Shown here: piece by piece, positions 58,146 to 64,000 of the stretch | How positions within the stretch are numbered: the first letter of the stretch is position 1 | Layout: the number at the start of each line of letters is the position of its first letter | IMG/VR virus record: IMGVR_UViG_3300045988_108148 | Direction: 5' to 3' (one strand) | DNA from: a virus | Length of the DNA: 64,000 nucleotides | Program-made: the position numbers and the translations under genes | The notes under the pieces: generated by a model | What the model was told of the DNA's origin: nothing | The model's database searches: none | Seen by the model: only the letters and a program-made list of their open reading frames with translations

Positions 58146-58845
58146 ATGTTAATGGTTTAAAATAAATCGAATAAGATTCATCGAGTATACTTACGTTTGC
58201 TACACGTACATTAGTCCATTCTGTATCTTCTTGAAATACATAATCGTATACAGGACATGCTGTAATATTATGATTTCCAGTATGAACATGCCCACATAGA
58301 GCATACTTTGGCTTTTTTCGTTTAATCTCGTCAGTTAGTGCAGCACAACAATACTGTATTTCAGTTCCATTGTCATGAGTAGTTCCTACTTCTGCAAGAT
58401 TAGATGCTTCGTGAGTCATTAATATGTCTAAGTCTTTTGGTATCTTCTCATATTTCTTAGCTAATTCAGCATGATTAGCCATAAACGCCCATGGTCCACA
58501 TTGTTTACACCAAGGTGTTCCATAGATTTTATACCATTTGTCGTCAGTACTATTATATACTTTCGTTTCTCCATCAATCAATATAGTTAATTTATTAAAT
58601 AAGTAAGTATTTGATTGAGTAATCATTTTTTCAAACCAAAAATCATGATTACCTGGAGTAAGTATAATAGTAGGGCAATCTATCTTCATTATCCATTCCT
58701 GAAATTCATTAAATATCCATTTTGTCATTTGAATATAGTCTCTTTGAATCTCTAATGGAGATATATCACCACATATCAATAGTAGGTCACATGGTTCTAT
58801 ATCAATAAGATTACCATGTAAATCACTGATTGCTGTTACTTTCAT
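58135..58845 (-). CDS. calcineurin-like metallophosphoesterase
   Basis: Motifs ISDLHGN, ICGDISP, PGNHDFW, MTHEAS, CGHVHTGNH. Confidence 0.8.
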   Translation of the reverse strand: MKVTAISDLHGNLIDIEPCDLLLICGDISPLEIQRDYIQMTKWIFNEFQEWIMKIDCPTIILTPGNHDFWFEKMITQSNTYLFNKLTILIDGETKVYNSTDDKWYKIYGTPWCKQCGPWAFMANHAELAKKYEKIPKDLDILMTHEASNLAEVGTTHDNGTEIQYCCAALTDEIKRKKPKYALCGHVHTGNHNITACPVYDYVFQEDTEWTNVRVANVSILDESYSIYFKPLTFEL

Positions 58846-59134
58846 TTTCTAATCCTAAAATAAAGTTATCATAAGTTGTTTTATATTCTTGTAACAGATT
58901 ATAATATTTTGTAATATCCTGTTTCAATTCATGATATCTCTTAAATAGATTCTTATCATAATAAGTATAAAATAAACTTACTGTATAACTATTTTTACTT
59001 TTGGATATATTATCATTATTAAAAAAGTTCTCAAGTTCCATTTCTTTCTCTAAAATCTTATTTTCGAGTTCTGAAATAGCTAACTTATAATTACTCTTAA
59101 ATAACTTAATTGTATTTTCAGATATGTTCTTCAT
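58823..59134 (-). CDS. hypothetical protein (103 aa)
   Basis: Co-oriented ORF overlapping both neighbours. Confidence 0.4.
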   Translation of the reverse strand: MKNISENTIKLFKSNYKLAISELENKILEKEMELENFFNNDNISKSKNSYTVSLFYTYYDKNLFKRYHELKQDITKYYNLLQEYKTTYDNFILGLENESNSNQ

Positions 59135-59441
59135 TATCTTTATTTGGTTTTAGTTTTTGTACTTTATCTTCGTGCTCTTTTAGCATTTTATTACATTTAT
59201 CTCTTAAATATTTTACAAAACATAGACATTCATTTCCTTCAAATTGTTTAAAGAACTGATCTGCTGCGTCTTTGTAAATTTTTGTACAATACGATTTCTC
59301 TCTATAACCTTCATTATCTAGTAATACTATATCTTCAAAGTCATCACTATCTTTTGAAAATATGTGAAGAAGAATTGCAGTTCTAGGAGATATTTGTATA
59401 AACTTTCTCTTATAGTTCTTGAATTCGTCTAATACATTCAT
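59118..59441 (-). CDS. hypothetical protein (107 aa)
   Basis: Co-oriented ORF overlapping both neighbours. Confidence 0.4.
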   Translation of the reverse strand: MNVLDEFKNYKRKFIQISPRTAILLHIFSKDSDDFEDIVLLDNEGYREKSYCTKIYKDAADQFFKQFEGNECLCFVKYLRDKCNKMLKEHEDKVQKLKPNKDNEEHI

Positions 59442-59817
59442 CAGTTTCTTTATGATTGTGTACTACAAATAACTTATACTTCTCAGCTAATCCTTTATTT
59501 AAAAGATACCACATGAACCATTTCCATTTATATGGCCATACATCATTAGGTTTTCCTTTAGCTTCGATAATAAAATTATCTCCAACAAAGTCTGGAGTAT
59601 AAGTCATCGCTCGGATCTTTTTACCACAAAAAGTAAATGCTGGTATTAATTCAAACTTAATAGGCTCATATTCTGCTTTGAGATTATGAGCCTTTAATTG
59701 TTTATAAACATATGTTTCAAGTATACTTTTAAATTTAATACCATCATATACATTAGGGGTAGCGTTCTTAACTTTCTGATTTGTCGTTTTCTTTCTTTTT
59801 GTTTTTCTTTGCTTCAT
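59410..59817 (-). CDS. small restriction-endonuclease-fold nuclease (DUF1064-like)
   Basis: The motifs DGIKFKSILETYVYKQL ... MTYTPDFVGDNFIIEAKGKPND..YKWKWF match the ..PDF....E.KG pattern. The start is probably Met16 of the ORF track (59817). Confidence 0.5.
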   Translation of the reverse strand: MKQRKTKRKKTTNQKVKNATPNVYDGIKFKSILETYVYKQLKAHNLKAEYEPIKFELIPAFTFCGKKIRAMTYTPDFVGDNFIIEAKGKPNDVWPYKWKWFMWYLLNKGLAEKYKLFVVHNHKETDECIRRIQEL

Positions 59818-59923
59818 AACGATCAATATATGTACAAAGTAAACTTCCACAAAGATTTCCAATAAAACTAATCAGAATTAATTGTAACCACGTTAAGTCT
59901 GGTGTACTATTTAACCATTCCAT
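59768..59923 (-). CDS. candidate unannotated 51-aa single-pass membrane protein
   Basis: My own translation gives MEWLNSTPDLTWLQLILISFIGNLCGSLLCTYIDRYEAKKNKKKENDKSES. Its ATG overlaps the stop region of the upstream phosphoesterase gene. It is below the ORF-track size cut-off. Confidence 0.3.
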   Translation of the reverse strand: MEWLNSTPDLTWLQLILISFIGNLCGSLLCTYIDRYEAKKNKKKENDKSES

Positions 59924-60512
59924 GTTCATTGTCTTTTTCTATTTTTGTAAGATGATTTGCAAGTTTTTCTAAAGATATTAGATCATAATTAGCTAGATTT
60001 CCATCTATACCTACATCTACTCTTAATTCTTTAGAATCTGTATTTATTTGATCTACTTTTCCATGACAATGACCGTGTATCATAATAGATCCTTTATCTT
60101 TGTGTTCCCAACTTAACATCGGAAAATGGCACATTATTACTTCTAGATCTTTATGTAAGAAATTATATACAGATTTCTTAAATTTAATATTCTTGATCTG
60201 AGTAATATGATTGAAATAGCATTTTAAATGATCTGGTACTTTATCATGATTACCAAGTATTAGTACTTTGTTACCATTTAGTCTTTGAAATAGTTTTCTT
60301 TTATCTTCTACTTCACCAAATGCAAGATCACCTAAAATATATACAGTATCTTTCTTGTTTACTCTAGAATTCCATAACTGTATCATAGCTTCTTTAGCTT
60401 TTTCAACAGTACTTCCAAATATCTCTTTTCGCTTAGGATGAAATTCTAATATACGGTCGTGAAAGAAATGTAGATCTGAAGTAAACCATATCATAATGTT
60501 TCTTTTAACCAA
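59907..60512 (-). CDS. calcineurin-like metallophosphoesterase (second copy, different subfamily)
   Basis: Motifs FTSDLHFFHD, YILGDLAFG, ILGNHDK, HGHCHG. Confidence 0.8.
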   Translation of the reverse strand: MVKRNIMIWFTSDLHFFHDRILEFHPKRKEIFGSTVEKAKEAMIQLWNSRVNKKDTVYILGDLAFGEVEDKRKLFQRLNGNKVLILGNHDKVPDHLKCYFNHITQIKNIKFKKSVYNFLHKDLEVIMCHFPMLSWEHKDKGSIMIHGHCHGKVDQINTDSKELRVDVGIDGNLANYDLISLEKLANHLTKIEKDNEHGMVK

Positions 60513-61456
60513 TTTTTAATTACTTCAAAGCCATTTAGTTTCACCGCATCAGATATATCTTTAGCTTTCCATTTTTTATGAATTAGAAAGCCATTTAAAC
60601 CTGTTTTAAGGCTAATTTTACGCATATTTTTAACTCCAGAAATATCCCTATCGAAACATATTAAAATGCGCTTAAATCGAAGTTTAAGTGCATCTATAAC
60701 ATCTGGAGTAAGAAATGTACTTTCTGAAGCTGGTGATATAGCAGTATAACCCATTTCATATAAACACATAACATCTTTCATAGATTTAGTAATAATTAGT
60801 AAATCACCTTTTTTAGGTAATTGTTCATATCCCTGAATATCATATGGGGTTAAATTATTACGCCATTTAGTATATTTATCTGCTAAAGGTCTATAAATCT
60901 TAAATCTATCATATACTTTATATGCATACATAGGATTATTTTCCTTATACACTCCCTTTACTACACCATCACATAAATAATATTTTATACTACTTACACC
61001 AAATTTCTTTAAAGTCTTTAGAGAAATTCCAAATTGTGACCAATATTGTTTATCTATATCTGTCCAGTCTTGTCTAACTACTCCGATAACTGTTTCAGTA
61101 GATTTCTCTACTTCTTTATTACTATGCAATACCGTATTATTAGTAATTTGCATATCCTTTACTATTTGATTTAGTAGATCATTATAATTAGTTATACCAG
61201 TATATAACTCTACGAATTTAATTACATCTCCGCATTCTCCATTACCATGATCTTTAAATAGTAATTTTCCAGTCTTCTTACTTCGGAATATTCCAAATGA
61301 GGGATTCTTATCCTTTCTAAATGGACTATTATAGATAAATCCAACCTTAAATTGTCCTAGATATCTAGCATAAATATCATATTCTGTGACTTTTGATAAG
61401 ATATAATCCAAAGTAATAGGATTATCTTGTTTTTTAATTCTTTTAGAGTCATACAT
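60491..61456 (-). CDS. DNA primase (DnaG/TOPRIM-type with degenerate zinc-binding N-domain)
   Basis: SPFRKDKNPSFGIF....FKDHGNGECGDVIKFV parallels CPFH.EKTPSF..CFGCG..GD.I.F. The TOPRIM-like motifs are LLIITKSMKDV...SPASES...ICFDRDISG. The start is set to Met28 (61456) because the upstream extension is GC-rich and structured. Confidence 0.6.
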   Translation of the reverse strand: MYDSKRIKKQDNPITLDYILSKVTEYDIYARYLGQFKVGFIYNSPFRKDKNPSFGIFRSKKTGKLLFKDHGNGECGDVIKFVELYTGITNYNDLLNQIVKDMQITNNTVLHSNKEVEKSTETVIGVVRQDWTDIDKQYWSQFGISLKTLKKFGVSSIKYYLCDGVVKGVYKENNPMYAYKVYDRFKIYRPLADKYTKWRNNLTPYDIQGYEQLPKKGDLLIITKSMKDVMCLYEMGYTAISPASESTFLTPDVIDALKLRFKRILICFDRDISGVKNMRKISLKTGLNGFLIHKKWKAKDISDAVKLNGFEVIKNWLKETL

Positions 61457-61660
61457 ATGATATAAATTTGAATAAGTGCAATGTGGGGTAACGATCCCCA
61501 CGAATCTAACCATTAGACATTGCTCCACCTTTAACAATACCCCCTGTGTGGTCAGTGCCAGCCTACGATCTGGTTCTCCTGGTGCGCTATCATTGAAGTA
61601 TTTATCAATATGCTAAGCGTGAGAAGTCTTCGTTCTATTGCGCAAATAGAATTTATATTT

Positions 61661-62299
61661 TTAAAATGGCAATCCGTTAGGATCGGCATTGTTTGTATTA
61701 TCTAAAGTTCCATCTACTACGGTAAATGAATCATTAGATAATAGTGGATTTGGATTCGATTGTTCAAAATCAGCAATTACTGGTTTCTCAAATTGATCAA
61801 TATTCAACTTGACAATAACAGACTCATTCTTATCAACAATCGTCATCGGTTCAATAAATCTATATTTTGCATACTTCGGTAGAGTAGTATAACCACTATT
61901 ATTATATACTACTTTAATACGAAGCAATGTAGACTTATCTGCATTGTTAAGCTTTTCAGCTACCCAAGTAATAAACTCCTTAAAGCTTTCGCCATTAAAG
62001 ACTCTATCTTCAGGATTTGGATAATAACATTCAAGAATCTGGTCAATTCTTGCAAACTGATTATCACATTTTCTTTGCAAATCTTCATCAGACATATTGT
62101 CTGATTTAGACGGTTCCCACTCTGTATGAGTCATAAATTTACCATCTTTTGCAACGAATTTAAACTCAATAAAATTATTACCATTGAGAGACTTATCTAC
62201 TCTAATTGATTCTAATACTACATTGTCATGGATACCAGCTGCTAAATATGCAATATCTTTTTTCTGGATAGCTTGTGCTCTTTGTGAACTATAAATCAT
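61661..62299 (-). CDS. single-stranded DNA-binding protein candidate
   Basis: The C-terminal tip ...NNADPNGLPF resembles the acidic D..PF SSB tail. It sits between the ATPase and primase genes. Confidence 0.4.
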   Translation of the reverse strand: MIYSSQRAQAIQKKDIAYLAAGIHDNVVLESIRVDKSLNGNNFIEFKFVAKDGKFMTHTEWEPSKSDNMSDEDLQRKCDNQFARIDQILECYYPNPEDRVFNGESFKEFITWVAEKLNNADKSTLLRIKVVYNNSGYTTLPKYAKYRFIEPMTIVDKNESVIVKLNIDQFEKPVIADFEQSNPNPLLSNDSFTVVDGTLDNTNNADPNGLPF

Positions 62300-62316
62300 C
62301 TTCTTCTATGTTTTGG

Positions 62317-63060
62317 TTATTCTTGGTCTGGCAAATAAATTTTATCCCAATATACTGAGATTTTTCCTTCGTCATCACTTTCTGCGATAACAATATTTTG
62401 ACCTCTTAGGTGTGGAGCTCTCGCTTCAATAGTAATGTTCTCCCCACCTTTAAAGGATGCAATGGTTTGGTTCTTCTTTCTAGAAATATATGCAATAGCA
62501 TCAGCTTCTCCACATATGATATTACTTAACTTTCCAGCTAAGTCTAATTCCATTTCTGAAAGTTCTTCACCATCTTTGTTTACAAGTTTATCCTTAGTAT
62601 GACCTATCAGGATAAAATTTTCGCAAAGTTCTCTAAACATATCTAATACTTTACGTACAGCTTGTCTTACATAAAACCAGCCACCGCCTTGCGGCAGTAA
62701 TCGTACATCTCCCTTATAACTCTTCCCCATCGGAGTTTGATTATATAAAGTGAGAGCATATGATAACGTAATTTCTTCCAAACGTGTTGCGTTATCGATC
62801 GTGATATATTTGTAGAAATATCCATTACATTCTTTATTCTTTTGTCTAATGGCATTAGCTATTTCACCTAAATCATTAATATTTCTAGCTTGTACTGCTA
62901 AGCAATCAATAAATTCAGATCCACCCTCTAGATCGATAATTAAATTATTTTCTAAATGAGCTGCTAATGTTGTTTTACCAGATTTCGGTTTACCAAAAAA
63001 GATAAGAAATCTTGGATTTCTCACCTTTGCTTTAATTTTCTCAGTAGGTAATACTATCAT
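62317..63060 (-). CDS. AAA_24 / Sak4-like RecA-fold ATPase
   Basis: Walker A FGKPKSGKTTLA about 20 aa from the N-terminus, LIIDLEGG, and Walker B-like YITIDNATRLEE. Confidence 0.65.
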   Translation of the reverse strand: MIVLPTEKIKAKVRNPRFLIFFGKPKSGKTTLAAHLENNLIIDLEGGSEFIDCLAVQARNINDLGEIANAIRQKNKECNGYFYKYITIDNATRLEEITLSYALTLYNQTPMGKSYKGDVRLLPQGGGWFYVRQAVRKVLDMFRELCENFILIGHTKDKLVNKDGEELSEMELDLAGKLSNIICGEADAIAYISRKKNQTIASFKGGENITIEARAPHLRGQNIVIAESDDEGKISVYWDKIYLPDQE

Positions 63061-63158
63061 AATGTTAGTCTATCTACTTCTCAGAAAAATTTGAAAGAAT
63101 TTGATATAGTTTTTGAAAAGTTTTGTAAAAATTCTGAAAAGATTTGTTATAAGTTAAA

Positions 63159-63653
63159 TTACGCTGCGATCTCTAATGAGTTAATATTCATTGAGATATT
63201 ATAAAGAATAATACGATCCTTCTTAGGAATATCATTAAAGAATGACGAACTTGTAAACTTCGGGATCAATCGAGAACCTACTTGAATATAATTACCATGG
63301 ATCTTAACTGGAATATCTCCAATCTTAAAATCATAGGAGGGATTCTCTGTATAGTAAATATAATCAAACAAGCGAGAAGCCGCTTTGTTCCATTCCAGAT
63401 TCAATGCTTCCGGAGTAATATCCAAAATTGTATAATTCTCATACGGAGCATTATCCAATGTCAGAATTGTGTACTTGTTATCATTCTTGTTAGCCCACGG
63501 GAAAATAGATTTAATCTTATCCAAAATGCTAATCGTATAATCACTCTTCTTAGAAGAAGTAGTTGTCGTAAAATACTTACTCAAATCAATCGTATAGTCA
63601 AGATTTGTGTTATTCTTTGCCGTGTTGTTTACTGTATTATATTTGTATGTCAT
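63159..63653 (-). CDS. hypothetical protein (164 aa)
   Basis: Co-oriented long ORF. No motif recognised. Confidence 0.45.
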   Translation of the reverse strand: MTYKYNTVNNTAKNNTNLDYTIDLSKYFTTTTSSKKSDYTISILDKIKSIFPWANKNDNKYTILTLDNAPYENYTILDITPEALNLEWNKAASRLFDYIYYTENPSYDFKIGDIPVKIHGNYIQVGSRLIPKFTSSSFFNDIPKKDRIILYNISMNINSLEIAA

Positions 63654-63692
63654 AATTCGCCTTTATTTAACCAAGATTAATAAAAATCCTAT

Positions 63693-64000
63693 CTATAACT
63701 CAATTAGGTTGTTATATTTCAGGTCATTCTCAAATTCAAGTATTGCCAATTCTCCTTCTCTTACTTTAAGAAAATGGAGATATACTTTATTTTGTACAGG
63801 TAGTCGTTGAGGACCATAAGCGGTGATACCTAAAGTTTCAGGTCGAGATAAAACCGCTATAACATCACTTCCTTGAAATACAGAATCAGATGATGATAAA
63901 TCGCTTCGCATCGGATAGTGACTCGATGGATTATTAATTCTATCAATATTTTCTATATTACGATTCATCTGAGATAATTGTATGATACTTGTCATACCAA
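63693..64000 (-). CDS. DnaB-like replicative helicase, C-terminal fragment (gene continues beyond the window)
   Basis: IIQLSQMNRNIE...PMRSDLSSSDSVFQGSDVIAVLSRPE matches the DnaB C-terminal pattern (LSQLNR...P..SDLRESG.IEQDADVV..L.R). The frame is open to the window edge. Confidence 0.7.
   Translation of the reverse strand, partial: GMTSIIQLSQMNRNIENIDRINNPSSHYPMRSDLSSSDSVFQGSDVIAVLSRPETLGITAYGPQRLPVQNKVYLHFLKVREGELAILEFENDLKYNNLIEL

Noticed and set aside
61478-61600. Possible tRNA in the GC-rich region upstream of the primase
   Set aside because: The hairpin tgggg-7nt-cccca with a closing stem looked like a T-arm plus acceptor. However, the closing stem encloses only about 46 nt, the loop lacks the TTC signature, and I could not build D or anticodon arms.
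62667-63810. Alternative ORFs 62667-62855(-), 63282-63680(+) and 63607-63810(+)
   Set aside because: They are out of frame or antisense relative to the ATPase, 164-aa and DnaB-like genes, and show no motifs.
1-64000. Stop-codon reassignment (TAG or TGA recoding), as seen in some crAss-like lineages
   Set aside because: All large genes, including a 15.3-kb ORF, read through under the standard code and genes are tightly packed, so recoding need not be invoked.

Overview
The window is an AT-rich, tightly packed phage genome segment with the layout of a crAss-like (Crassvirales-type) podovirus. This assignment is inferred from gene content and order, not from a database search. A long plus-strand late/structural block covers 1-56426. 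It runs from an acidic scaffold-like protein and a capsid candidate through three tandem paralogous virion proteins and three repeat-rich tail-fibre genes. A lysis-like cluster follows, then an IHF/HU-like gene, large tail and ejection proteins, a 5089-aa giant ORF and a 1386-aa ORF. It converges on a minus-strand replication block (56450-64000) encoding a DnaB-like helicase fragment, AAA_24-like ATPase, SSB-like protein, primase, two metallophosphoesterases and two PD-(D/E)XK-type nucleases. Almost no genes have Shine-Dalgarno sites, which fits a Bacteroidota-type host, and the standard genetic code reads through all long ORFs. There are two standout observations. (1) A complete diversity-generating retroelement: a VR at the C-terminus of the 1593-aa fibre gene, an adenine-rich TR 271 nt downstream, and a DGR-type reverse transcriptase, with no recognisable Avd. 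(2) The 5089-aa ORF fuses glycine-zipper membrane segments, an HEXXH zincin motif, a two-barrel virion RNA polymerase (DFDID motif), a DUF1848-like Fe-S domain and a C-terminal SF1B helicase. Two free-standing homing endonucleases (GIY-YIG, HNH) are also present. No tRNA, rRNA or CRISPR array was found. All domain calls rest on motif recognition by eye. No homology search was possible.
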